From positions 11,793 through 75,792 of the forward strand of contig DUFC01000033.1 of the NCBI GenBank assembly GCA_011191875.1: a stretch of 64,000 bases of DNA, in the 5' to 3' direction. A program made the position numbers and the translations under genes. This DNA is from Dehalococcoidia bacterium (lineage in GTDB: Bacteria > Chloroflexota > Dehalococcoidia > Dehalococcoidales > W498). Positions within the stretch are counted from its first letter, which is position 1, and each line of letters starts with the position of its first letter. A model generated the notes under the pieces. That model had not been told where the DNA came from. It ran no database searches and saw only the letters and a program-made list of their open reading frames with translations. Positions 52,898 to 63,450 of this stretch are shown here, one piece after another.

Positions 52898-54033
52898 AGA
52901 TTATCTCCAGAAGTAAGCTGCATGACTTTTTGTCTGGCCCAGGCATCAGCCGCTATAATTTCTTCCAATGTAGGGTGAGCTATGGCTTGGTGCTGTTCCA
53001 GTGCCTGTTCTACAAGATTGGTAATATCAGTAAATTTGATACGCTGCGACAGGAAGAGTTCAACAGCCAACTCATCAGCGGCACAAAGCACTGTGGAATA
53101 AGTTCCTCCCTTTTTCCCTGCCTCAATAGCTAACCTGAGGCTGGGGAAGGTGTCAAAGTCAGGTTGGTTAAAGGTCAGGTTGTCAATATTGGCCCAGTCA
53201 AGCCTGGGAAGCTGAGGGTTGTTTAAGCGTTCAGGATAAGACAGGGCATATTGAATGGGTAAGCGCATGTCGGGGTAGCTTAGTTGGGCTTTGATTGAAC
53301 CATCTACAAATTCTACCATAGAGTGGATAATGCTCTGAGGGTGGATTAGAACCTCGATGTTATCGTAGGGAGTATCAAATAGCCAGTGAGCTTCAATTAC
53401 CTCAAGCCCTTTATTCATCAGGGTGGCTGAGTCAATGGTAACCTTTCTTCCCATCTGCCATGAGGGGTGTCTTAGAGCCTGCTTAACGGTAACCATCTCT
53501 AACTGTGCTGCTGAATAACGGTAGAAGGGACCGCCTGAGGCGGTTAGAATAAGTCGGGTTGCCTTTTGTGATTCACTATTGAGACATTGCCATATAGCAC
53601 TATGCTCGCTGTCAATAGGCAGAATCTGGGCTCCAGTTAGTTTTGCCTCATTGGTGATAATCTCACCGGCCATAACCAATGATTCTTTATTGGCAAGGGC
53701 AACATTCTTGCCAGCTTTTACCGCAGCCAGTGTCGGATTTAGCCCTGATTTTCCCGAAGTAGCTATAACAACAATATCCACCTGGGGATGACGGGCAATA
53801 TCTTCCAGTGATAGGAACTCGTATTTGGCATTAGCTAACTGAGCCTTTTTATCAGGGTAATAAACAAAGCTCGGCTTGAACTCATTGATTTGACTTGCCA
53901 ATAAATCGGTGTTCTTGCCTGCTGCCAGACCGACTATATGAAATCTATGAGGGAAGGCACGGACTACTTGGAGGGTTTGCTGTCCTATGGAGCCGGTTGA
54001 ACCTAAAACAGCTAATTTTTTTATACTGCCCAT
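52894..54033 (-). CDS. dxr: 1-deoxy-D-xylulose 5-phosphate reductoisomerase
   Basis: LGSTGSIG NADPH motif, LANKESLV, DSEHSAI. Confidence 0.95.
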   Translation of the reverse strand: MGSIKKLAVLGSTGSIGQQTLQVVRAFPHRFHIVGLAAGKNTDLLASQINEFKPSFVYYPDKKAQLANAKYEFLSLEDIARHPQVDIVVIATSGKSGLNPTLAAVKAGKNVALANKESLVMAGEIITNEAKLTGAQILPIDSEHSAIWQCLNSESQKATRLILTASGGPFYRYSAAQLEMVTVKQALRHPSWQMGRKVTIDSATLMNKGLEVIEAHWLFDTPYDNIEVLIHPQSIIHSMVEFVDGSIKAQLSYPDMRLPIQYALSYPERLNNPQLPRLDWANIDNLTFNQPDFDTFPSLRLAIEAGKKGGTYSTVLCAADELAVELFLSQRIKFTDITNLVEQALEQHQAIAHPTLEEIIAADAWARQKVMQLTSGDNL

Positions 54034-54845
54034 ATAACATAATAGTATACCACTATGCCAGCAAAGACAATGCTGTCTATCCGGTCAAGGAACCCCCCAT
54101 GTCCCGGTAGTAGCTTACCAGAGTCTTTTACTTCCATATTGCGTTTGAGCAAGGATTCTACCAGGTCACCGAGTTGACCAAAAATGCTGACCAGTAGGCC
54201 GAGAAGTATTGCCTGCCAGTAGCTGAAATCTTGAAGGTAAAGAGAATTGGGTAAAGTAAAGAGTGTAGGCAGAGTAAAGAGCAGGCTAACTATAATGGCA
54301 CCAAATATTCCACCTATTGCTCCTTCCCAGGTTTTACCGGGGCTAATACTTGGGGTAAGGCGGTGTCTACCTAGTGCTCTACCAATGAAAAAGGCGGCGG
54401 TATCGGAGCCGAAGGTGGCAAATAAAGCCAATAATACCCAGTTTCTGCCATCATCTAAACCTCTTAATGCCACCAAATAGCTTAGGAGCCAGCCTATATA
54501 GAGAATTCCAGCCATTGTCCATGCCCAGCCGATAAAAGATTCTTCTTTCTGTCGACGCAATAGAAGCCAAATTAGAGATAGCATCACCCCCGAGGTTAAT
54601 AAGGACTGGGTAAGGAAGTCATAGTTTAAGTGTGGGCTTAGGATAAATAGTAGGGTCCAGATTAGTCCAAAGCAGGTAAGCGGTGCTATCTTTGAGGCAG
54701 TAACCATCCTATAGAATTCAAAGGCAGCCAGTAGACCCCAGATAGCCACTATAATAGTAAACCAAGGTAATGGTTCCTCAAACCAGACAGCGGTGATTAG
54801 GAGAGGGATTCCCCAGAGTGCAGTTATAGCCCTTTTCTTAAGCAT
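54021..54845 (-). CDS. cdsA: phosphatidate cytidylyltransferase
   Basis: CTP_transf_1 signature (SLLKRNMEVKDSGKLLPGHGGFLDRIDS). Confidence 0.9.
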   Translation of the reverse strand: MLKKRAITALWGIPLLITAVWFEEPLPWFTIIVAIWGLLAAFEFYRMVTASKIAPLTCFGLIWTLLFILSPHLNYDFLTQSLLTSGVMLSLIWLLLRRQKEESFIGWAWTMAGILYIGWLLSYLVALRGLDDGRNWVLLALFATFGSDTAAFFIGRALGRHRLTPSISPGKTWEGAIGGIFGAIIVSLLFTLPTLFTLPNSLYLQDFSYWQAILLGLLVSIFGQLGDLVESLLKRNMEVKDSGKLLPGHGGFLDRIDSIVFAGIVVYYYVIWAV

Positions 54846-54943
54846 GCGATTGTCTATTACCTTAAGGAATAGCTACCATAGCTATGGATATAATTATTGG
54901 GTGAGATAAAGTAGAGACTATGGTTAATTAAATAATCTCCTGA

Positions 54944-55660
54944 CTATAGTCCGCCGAAGCGCCTTTGCCTCTGGCTATAGGAGAGCAGCGCTTTCTCAAT
55001 TTCTTTTTTACTGAAGTCAGGCCATAGAACCTCAGTGAAGTAATATTCGCTATAGGCTGTTTGCCATATTAAGAAATTGCTCAGGCGGAGTTCATCACCA
55101 GTGCGAATTAATAGGTCGACATCAGGTAAACCGTCGGTGTAGAGATAATTGCTAAATAGTCCTTCGTCTATATTTTGATGTGAGACGCCTTCAGCTATAA
55201 GACGACGTACTGCATCCAAAATCTCAACACGCCCTCCGTAGTTGAAAGCGACGTTAAGTGTCATCCCGTTATTATTCTTGGTTAACTCTACCGCTCTATT
55301 TATTGCTAGTTGGAGACCTTGTGGAAGTTCATTAAGTCGCCCAATATGACGAAGCTTGATACCTCTCTTATGAATTTCCAGGACATATTGATTTATAAAC
55401 TCTTCTAATAGACTAAATAAGCCTCTAACCTCATCTTCAGGACGGCTCCAATTTTCTGTAGAGAAACCATAAAGCGTTACATACTTTATTGGGTATTCGC
55501 TGAGATATTCAACCATGTGGCGCATGTTTTCTGCCCCAGCATGGTGACCACTAAGTCTGGGTAGTCCACGGAGTTCTGCCCATCTACCATTACCATCCGG
55601 TACAATGGCTACATGGGTGGGTAAACGAGCATTCTTTCCTATCATAGAGGTAGTCATCAT
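54944..55660 (-). CDS. uppS: isoprenyl transferase (undecaprenyl diphosphate synthase)
   Basis: HVAIVPDGNGRWA and RTGDELRLSNFLIWQ motifs. Confidence 0.95.
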   Translation of the reverse strand: MMTTSMIGKNARLPTHVAIVPDGNGRWAELRGLPRLSGHHAGAENMRHMVEYLSEYPIKYVTLYGFSTENWSRPEDEVRGLFSLLEEFINQYVLEIHKRGIKLRHIGRLNELPQGLQLAINRAVELTKNNNGMTLNVAFNYGGRVEILDAVRRLIAEGVSHQNIDEGLFSNYLYTDGLPDVDLLIRTGDELRLSNFLIWQTAYSEYYFTEVLWPDFSKKEIEKALLSYSQRQRRFGGL

Positions 55661-55700
55661 TATGCCACTTGATTTTAGATAGTGAGCCTCTTTATTTTGG

Positions 55701-56988
<1,288 letters not shown>

Positions 56989-57049
56989 CTATTTTATCTG
57001 CTCTCAATATGCTTAGGTAGCCTTCAATCGCAGCCGTCCTCTGCCTAAC

Positions 57050-57553
57050 TTACCCTCCTAGTTCGAATCTGGTAAATCTACTTACTTTGATATTCTCTCC
57101 TACCTTAGCAATGGCTTCGGTAATAATGTCTTGAACAGTTTTATCGGGATACTTAATATGAGGCTGAAGAAGCAGGCAAGCTGTCTCGGGTTCTATATCA
57201 GCTTCCTCAGGAATTTCTTCCTTTGAGATAAATTTAGGCTCTTGAGCGGCAACTTGCATTGCTAAGTAGTGAGCCAGCTCCTTGAATTCGTCACTGCGGG
57301 CGATAAAATCAGTTTCGCAGTTAACCTCAACCATAGCCCCAATACGCCCTCCAGTATGGATATAGGCTTCAATTATACCCTGGGTAGTAGAGCGGCTTGC
57401 TTTTTTCTGTGCCTGGAGAAGGCTGCTTTGTTTTAGAATCTGTAGCGCCTTTTCCATCTCTCCTTCGGCTTCAAGAAGAGCATTCCGGCAAGCCATAATG
57501 CCAGCTCCAGATTGGTCTCTTAACTCTTTTACCCTAGCTGTCGGAATTTTCAA
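57050..57553 (-). CDS. tsf: translation elongation factor Ts (short form)
   Basis: [22 protein letters not shown]-like N-terminus. TTG 57553 lies 6 nt after GGGAGG. The track start at 57619 lies inside rpsB. Confidence 0.85.
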   Translation of the reverse strand: MKIPTARVKELRDQSGAGIMACRNALLEAEGEMEKALQILKQSSLLQAQKKASRSTTQGIIEAYIHTGGRIGAMVEVNCETDFIARSDEFKELAHYLAMQVAAQEPKFISKEEIPEEADIEPETACLLLQPHIKYPDKTVQDIITEAIAKVGENIKVSRFTRFELGG

Positions 57554-58352
57554 TCTTTTCCTCCCTGTCTTCCTCATCAGGAGTGTAAATAAGAGGTTCG
57601 GAAACTTCAGTAACCTCAATCCCCTCCAAACCCTCTTCTTGTCCTTCCTCTATTGGTACTCCTACTTCGCCAGTTTTGCCTTCAATAAATGAATCAGCAA
57701 TTCTACTGCATATCAGTTTGATGGTTTTAATAGCATCGTCGTTAGCTGGAATAGGGTAGTCTATCTCATCAGGGTTACAATTGGTATCTACTATAGCAAC
57801 CACTGGTATTCCTACACGTTTAGCTTCAGCTAAAGCAATTCTCTCTTTTATGGGGTCGATAATGAATAGCGTACTGGGCAGGCTGGTCATCTCTTTAATA
57901 CCGCCTATTTGTCGGTTGAGACGCAAAATCCCATCTTCTAGTTTTAGAGCTTCCTTTTTAGGTAGGCGATTAAAGTCTCCTTTAGCTTGGCGGTCTTCCA
58001 AGCGAACTAGATAATCTATGCGGGCTTGAATAGTAGCGAAATTAGTTAGCACTCCACCTAACCAGCGCTGGTTAACATAATACATACCACAGCGTTGCGC
58101 CTCTTCGATTATAATCTCTTGAGCTTGCTTTTTGGTGCCAACAAAAAGAATATTGCCGCCCTCGGCAGCCACTTGTCGAATAAAGTCGCAGGCTTTATCC
58201 AACATAGTGACAGTTTGTTCCAGGTCAATGATATGAATGCCGTTGCGTTTAGTAAAGATGTAAGTCTTCATACGAGGGTGCCAGCGGCTGGTCTGATGAC
58301 CGAAGTGAGCTCCAGCTTCCAAAAGTTGCTTAATAGAGACTGTATCCTGCAA
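57534..58352 (-). CDS. rpsB: 30S ribosomal protein S2
   Basis: [17 protein letters not shown]... sequence with an acidic C-terminal tail. Confidence 0.95.
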   Translation of the reverse strand: MQDTVSIKQLLEAGAHFGHQTSRWHPRMKTYIFTKRNGIHIIDLEQTVTMLDKACDFIRQVAAEGGNILFVGTKKQAQEIIIEEAQRCGMYYVNQRWLGGVLTNFATIQARIDYLVRLEDRQAKGDFNRLPKKEALKLEDGILRLNRQIGGIKEMTSLPSTLFIIDPIKERIALAEAKRVGIPVVAIVDTNCNPDEIDYPIPANDDAIKTIKLICSRIADSFIEGKTGEVGVPIEEGQEEGLEGIEVTEVSEPLIYTPDEEDREEKIENSDS

Positions 58353-58445
58353 GTTTTAATCCCCTCCCTTATAAACCATTAATAACAGTTGATTTAACAG
58401 TATAGCATACCATTTAGTATGCAGCAACAGTAGACAAATAGGTGG

Positions 58446-58489
58446 TTGACAAAGATATTTTGATGTGCTATGATAGGAAAACGGTTGCC
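58446..58489 (+). promoter_or_regulatory. putative nrpR promoter (TTGACA-17-TATGAT) with adjacent GGAA-N6-TGCC inverted-repeat-like site
   Basis: -35 at 58446-58451, -10 at 58469-58474, GGAAAACGGTTGCC at 58476-58489. Confidence 0.4.
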
Positions 58490-58509
58490 TATTTCAATAG
58501 TTGAGTTGA

Positions 58510-59514
58510 ATGATGATAGGTTACGATAGTCACGAGGTTGAAAGAAAGGTCATCTCTATTCTGAAAATTCTCAGTGAGTCGCCTCAGTCGCTAGGCGCCA
58601 GGCTAATCAGCCGTCAGTTGAAGGAGGAAGGGATAGAACTAGGCGAGAGGGCAGTAAGGTATCACCTTAAGCTAATGGATGAGCGGGGGCTAACAAGACC
58701 TATGGAGAGGTGGGATGGAAGAGAGATTACACCACTGGGGATAGAAGAAATGAATAATGCCTTAGTTACCGATAAGATTGGTTTTGTGCTGGAAAAAATA
58801 GAGCTTTTAGCTTTTCGCACTTCCTTTAATATAGACAAAGGCACCGGTCTAGTGCCAGTTAACATATCTCTGTTTCCCAAGGAGAGATTTAATGAAGCTA
58901 TTAAGGTGATGGCGGAAGCCTTTAAGGTTGGGCTTTGTGTCAGCGACTTGGTAGCTGTGGCATCGGAGGGGGAGAGATTAGGTGAAGTGCTTGTGCCTAG
59001 GGGTAAAGTTGGTTTAGCTACTGTCTGTAGCATCATAATTAATGGCAGTTTACTCAAGGCAGGTATTTCCACAGACTCTAGGTTCGCCGGAGTGCTTCAG
59101 ATACGGAATAACCAGCCGTTACGCTTTGTAAATCTTATTAATTATGCTGGTTCCACCTTGGACCCATCAGAGATGTTTATCCGAGCTAGAATGACCGATG
59201 TCCAGGGTGTGGTTAGAGGGGGAGAGGGGAAGATACTGGCTAACTTCCGTGAGATACCAGCCCAGTGCCAACCTTTGGTAGAGAAGGTTACCAACCAACT
59301 AAAAAGGGGGGGGTTAAACGGGCTGATTATGATGGGTAGTCCCAGCGAAGCGGTGTGTGGTATATCAGTGGCTTTAAATAGAGTGGGAATGATACTTATC
59401 GGCGGGCTTACCCCCATCGCTGCCGCTGAGGAGGCAGGGATAGAAACAGAAAATCACGCTATGAGCACCTTGTTTGAGTATCAGGATTTGGTAAAATTTC
59501 AGAGCTTTGTATAA
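58510..59514 (+). CDS. nrpR: NrpR-like nitrogen regulatory repressor (winged HTH plus DUF128 domain)
   Basis: N-terminal wHTH (ILKILSES...RAVRYHLKLMDERGL) followed by a DUF128-like region. The neighbouring gdhA fits a nitrogen-regulation context. Confidence 0.75.
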   Translation: MMIGYDSHEVERKVISILKILSESPQSLGARLISRQLKEEGIELGERAVRYHLKLMDERGLTRPMERWDGREITPLGIEEMNNALVTDKIGFVLEKIELLAFRTSFNIDKGTGLVPVNISLFPKERFNEAIKVMAEAFKVGLCVSDLVAVASEGERLGEVLVPRGKVGLATVCSIIINGSLLKAGISTDSRFAGVLQIRNNQPLRFVNLINYAGSTLDPSEMFIRARMTDVQGVVRGGEGKILANFREIPAQCQPLVEKVTNQLKRGGLNGLIMMGSPSEAVCGISVALNRVGMILIGGLTPIAAAEEAGIETENHAMSTLFEYQDLVKFQSFV

Positions 59515-59522
59515 GGAGAGAG

Positions 59523-60293
59523 ATGAAACAGATAAAAATTATACCTTGCCTTGATGTAAAGGATGGTAGAGTAGTTAAAGGAGTCAATTTTGAAAACCTC
59601 AGGGATGCCCGAGACCCAGTAGAAGCGGCAGTTGCCTATTGCCGTGAGGGTGCTGACGAGCTTGTTTTCCTTGATATCTTCGCCACTGTAGAAAATAGAT
59701 CGACACGACTTGAATGGGTAAAAAGGGTGTGTGATGTAGTTACTATTCCCTTTGCTGTAGGTGGTGGAATAGGCAGTATTGAGGATATGAAGGCTTTACT
59801 TGACCTTGGTGTGGATAAGGTCTCGATAAACACCGCTGCCGTCAGGACTCCCGAGTTGATAGGAGAGGCAGTCAAAGAGTTTGGTAGAGAGCGGCTGGTG
59901 GTGGCTATTGATGGAAGGAAAAATCCGGTAGGAAGTGGATTGCATAGACTAGAGGTAGTAGTAAGAAGTGGCAATGAGGCTACTGGAATAGAGATTGTTG
60001 ATTGGGCAAAGAGGGTGGAAGAGATGGGGGCTAGTGAGATTTTACTTACCAGTAAGGATGCTGATGGAACCAAGGAAGGATATGATTTGGAGATGACCAG
60101 GGCAGTAGCTGAAGCGGTCTCTATTCCGGTTACTGCTTCCGGAGGAGCGGGAAAATTGGAGCACCTCTATGACGCTGTGGTAACAGGTAAAGCAGCGGCA
60201 GTTTTAGCCGCTTCGGTCTTTCACTTTGGCGAGATTTCAATTTCTGAGGCAAAGCAATATCTGAAAGAGAGAGGTATACCAGTAAGAACATAA
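59523..60293 (+). CDS. hisF: imidazole glycerol phosphate synthase cyclase subunit
   Basis: [18 protein letters not shown] and ADELVFLDI motifs. No other his gene is adjacent. Confidence 0.9.
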   Translation: MKQIKIIPCLDVKDGRVVKGVNFENLRDARDPVEAAVAYCREGADELVFLDIFATVENRSTRLEWVKRVCDVVTIPFAVGGGIGSIEDMKALLDLGVDKVSINTAAVRTPELIGEAVKEFGRERLVVAIDGRKNPVGSGLHRLEVVVRSGNEATGIEIVDWAKRVEEMGASEILLTSKDADGTKEGYDLEMTRAVAEAVSIPVTASGGAGKLEHLYDAVVTGKAAAVLAASVFHFGEISISEAKQYLKERGIPVRT

Positions 60294-60312
60294 AAAGTGC
60301 AAGGAGGATATT

Positions 60313-61566
60313 ATGGGCAACAAGCCGTCGAATTTATTTGAAATGGCCCAAGCACAGCTAGATGGGGCGGCCAGTATATTTAATCTAGAGCCTGGTATTC
60401 ATGCTATTCTCAGAGAACCGATGAGGGAGTTACACATATATATACCAGTGAAAATGGATGACGGGCAGACTAGAGTTTTTAAAGGATTTAGGGTTCAGCA
60501 TAACAACGCTTGCGGTCCCTTTAAAGGGGGTATCAGGTTTCATCCTGAAGAGACGATTTATGTTGTTAAAGCTTTAGCTACTTGGATGACTTGGAAATGT
60601 GCTGTAGTAAATATCCCTCTCGGGGGTGGTAAGGGGGGTGTTATTTGCAATCCTAAAGAGATGTCGAGCTGTGAATTAGAAAGATTGAGCCGAGGCTATA
60701 TAGATGCAATATGGGAGTTTATTGGTCCTGACAGGGACATCCCAGCGCCAGATGTATATACTAATCCCCAGATAATGGGATGGATGATGGATGAGTATTC
60801 AAAATTGAGAGGACAATATACTCCGGGCGTAATAACAGGAAAGCCGTTAGCTATAGGCGGTTCACTTGGTCGTGGCGACGCAACAGCTCGAGGCGGAGTA
60901 TATACCATAATAGAAGCTGCCAGCCATTTAGGGGTTGATTTGTCATCAGCAACAGTGGCAATACAAGGCTATGGTAATGCTGGCTCAAATGCAGCTCTTA
61001 TACTATATGACACACTGGGAAGCAAGATTGTAGCTATAAGTGATTCTAAAGGTGGTATCTATAATAAACAGGGCTTAGACCCACACAGGGTCTTACAACA
61101 TAAGATAGAAACTGGCTCAGTTATAAACTTCCCCCAGGCTGAAAATATCAGTAATGCTGAACTACTGGAAGTGGGTGTTGATATATTATGTCCATCGGGA
61201 CTGGAGACCGTTATAACTGAGACGAACGCCGGTAACATCAAGGCAAAGATAGTAGCTGAATTAGCCAACGGACCAACTACTCCTGAAGCAGATGAAATAT
61301 TATTCAGTAGTGGAATATTTGTTATCCCTGATTTTCTGTGTAACGCTGGCGGGGTTACTGTTTCCTATTTTGAGTGGGTTCAAAGCTTGAATAGATATTA
61401 TTGGGATGAGAGTGAGATTCACCAACGGCTGGGCAAAATTATGAAGAAAGCATTCCAGGCTGTCTTAGCTGAGTCCCTGGAGCGTAAGATTAACATGAGA
61501 TTGGCTGCTTATGTAGTTGCTGTAGCCCGTGTGGCAGAAACGATGAGATTGAGGGGTTGGGCATAG
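60313..61566 (+). CDS. gdhA: Glu/Leu/Phe/Val-family (glutamate) dehydrogenase
   Basis: [11 protein letters not shown] catalytic-Lys region and GYGNAG dinucleotide motif. Confidence 0.9.
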   Translation: MGNKPSNLFEMAQAQLDGAASIFNLEPGIHAILREPMRELHIYIPVKMDDGQTRVFKGFRVQHNNACGPFKGGIRFHPEETIYVVKALATWMTWKCAVVNIPLGGGKGGVICNPKEMSSCELERLSRGYIDAIWEFIGPDRDIPAPDVYTNPQIMGWMMDEYSKLRGQYTPGVITGKPLAIGGSLGRGDATARGGVYTIIEAASHLGVDLSSATVAIQGYGNAGSNAALILYDTLGSKIVAISDSKGGIYNKQGLDPHRVLQHKIETGSVINFPQAENISNAELLEVGVDILCPSGLETVITETNAGNIKAKIVAELANGPTTPEADEILFSSGIFVIPDFLCNAGGVTVSYFEWVQSLNRYYWDESEIHQRLGKIMKKAFQAVLAESLERKINMRLAAYVVAVARVAETMRLRGWA

Positions 61567-61592
61567 AGTATTAAATTATTCACTATCCAAGG

Positions 61593-61630
61593 AAGGCTGT
61601 TCTTCAACGAAGAACAGCCTTTTATTTTTA
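61593..61630 (+). terminator. rho-independent terminator after gdhA
   Basis: AAGGCTGTTCTTC-aac-GAAGAACAGCCTT followed by TTATTTTT. Confidence 0.8.
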
Positions 61631-61760
61631 TGCAGTAAGTAAAAGGTAGAATGAATTAGTTAATTTGACATAAGGTTACTACCTTGACAAAAATCGGCAA
61701 AGGTTTATCATAAGACTATCAATAATGAAAACAGAAGAGATAGTATAGGAAAGGGGAGAG

Positions 61761-62108
61761 ATGCAGATTAGGAAAACATATAAAGATGTTAACCCTGAGT
61801 TGCTTTATGATGAGGTAAGAGATTTTATTCTGAAACAGGGGACGATTTTAGATGAGGCAAAGCTGGAAACATACTCCATGGCAAGTGATTCGTCATCATT
61901 TATTTCTCGCGGCATGCTAACATTCAAGATTCCGGGTGAGCCAGGTAAGGCTGAAAAGGAGTGCCTCACGGTACACATCGTAGGTTCAGCTAAAGGCGAA
62001 ACCAAAGTGATGCTTGATATAAATGAGGAGCTTTTTACTCAGGAGAAGGTCTCTGCTTTGCAAGAAGACCTGGACTTTATTTTTAGCTCATATGAAGTAA
62101 AGTCCTAA
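61761..62108 (+). CDS. hypothetical protein
   Basis: 115-aa ORF behind AAGGGGAG. No family recognised. Confidence 0.5.
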   Translation: MQIRKTYKDVNPELLYDEVRDFILKQGTILDEAKLETYSMASDSSSFISRGMLTFKIPGEPGKAEKECLTVHIVGSAKGETKVMLDINEELFTQEKVSALQEDLDFIFSSYEVKS

Positions 62109-62127
62109 TAGAGGTTTACAGTTTAGA

Positions 62128-62198
62128 AAGCGTCCCTCGATGGATTCGAACCCACGACCCGCTACTTAGAAGGTATATGGCTCTAAGCGGTGTGGCAC
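62128..62198 (-). pseudogene. decayed tRNA-Arg(TCT)-like pseudogene or att-site remnant
   Basis: The minus strand reads ...CTTCTAA-GTAGC-GGGTC-GTGGGTTCGAATCCATC-GAGGGACG. The 3' half is tRNA-like, but the acceptor (5/7), anticodon (3/5) and T stems are mismatched and the D arm is collapsed. Confidence 0.45.
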
Positions 62199-62261
62199 AG
62201 ATACGAGAAGGGTGAGCGAAAAGCTTTCAGTTATAAAGCTGGAAATTTGCATAAACTTTAA

Positions 62262-62295
62262 ATAAAAAAAACGCTAGCGGTAACATGCTAGCGTT
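62262..62295 (-). terminator. orphan minus-strand rho-independent terminator
   Basis: AACGCTAGC-N8-GCTAGCGTT preceded on the plus strand by an A8 run, which is a U tract on the minus strand. No minus-strand gene lies upstream of it. Confidence 0.55.
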
Positions 62296-62557
62296 GTCAA
62301 TATTCTGGTGGAGACGGGGGAGTCCCAATATACTGGTTTTAAAATAGAAATTTAAAATTAATATAGTGTATTTTTCAGTAGGGCGATAATACTTTACATA
62401 ATCCTTTATGCTAATAAATTAGATTACCTGACTGTGGATTAAACTAAATTTACAGGAATGTCGAATTCACTTTTATTGCCATTTAACAAACATCTTGATT
62501 TGACTGTTTAGGTATTACTTCAATAATATATTTAGAAACACTAGGTATAGATAGTAA

Positions 62558-63415
62558 ATGGACAATAAAGTTATCGTTGTCACTGACAGTATGGCTAATA
62601 TCCCCAGGCAAATAGTGGAGCGGTATGAGATTATGATTGTGCCTGTTATGCTTCTAGTCTAGGGCAAGCTCTATAGAGATGGGGTGGATATTAGCCCCTC
62701 TGAGGCCTATGAGATGTTTTTGCAAGACCCCGAAAGTTACAAAACTTCACCAGCCTCACCCGGGCACTATCTTGAAGCCTACCGTGAGGCAACTAAGCGA
62801 GCAAAGAATATTCTTTGTATTACTCTTTCGTCTAAGATAAGCACAGGGTATGATGTGGCTTGCGCAGCCAAGGAGCAAGCCAAGTCTGAACTTCCTGAGG
62901 CTCTTATTAAGGTAATGGATTCTCAAAATGTTATTGCTGCTGAAGGTTTTATCGCTTTAGCAGCCGCTAAGGTAGCAATGCAGGGGAAGAACTTAGCCGA
63001 GGTAGAAAAGGCAGCTGAGGAAGTGAGAGATAAAGCCACCTTTCTTGTCCTTCTGGATACAATCCAACATGTATACCGAACAGGTCGTATACCTAAAGTT
63101 GCGTCCCAGATAGGCTCTATGCTTAACGTCAAGCCGATACTCACCAGCTCCTCTGGGTTGGTGCGCTTTCAGGGGATGGTGAGAAATAGAGAAAAAGGCA
63201 TAAAGCACATGCTTGAGATATTGAAGGATAGGATTGGACAAAGCCCGGTGCATGTCGCTGTGATGCACGCCTATGCGCTGGATGAAGCTGAAAGGTTGAT
63301 GGAACGAATTTCCTCTGAATTCAATTGTGCCGAGCTGTTTATTACTGAGTTTAGCCCGGTAATGGGCTATGCTACTGGAACAGGGACTCTGGGGTTCGCC
63401 TTCTATAAGGATTGA
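62558..63415 (+). pseudogene. DegV-family fatty-acid-binding protein interrupted by an in-frame TAG
   Basis: MDNKVIVVTDSMANIP...VPVMLLV*GKLYRDGVDI. TAG at 62660-62662 sits at a position that aligns with a conserved Gly before the YxDGVD motif. The rest of the frame is intact to 63415. Confidence 0.75.
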
Positions 63416-63450
63416 GCTCAATTGCTACTACTACCTGAGTGGGGGTGTAA

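Noticed and set aside
59523-60293. hisF as a mis-called different TIM-barrel enzyme because it is isolated from other his genes.
   Set aside because: The sequence carries the characteristic HisF N-terminal ([15 protein letters not shown]) and phosphate-binding motifs throughout. The call is kept, and the unusual context is noted as a finding instead.
62660-62662. In-frame TAG in degV as a pyrrolysine or programmed read-through codon.
   Set aside because: No pyl genes or PYLIS-like context are visible. The aligned position in DegV proteins is a small conserved residue. A simple nonsense mutation or sequencing error is more parsimonious.
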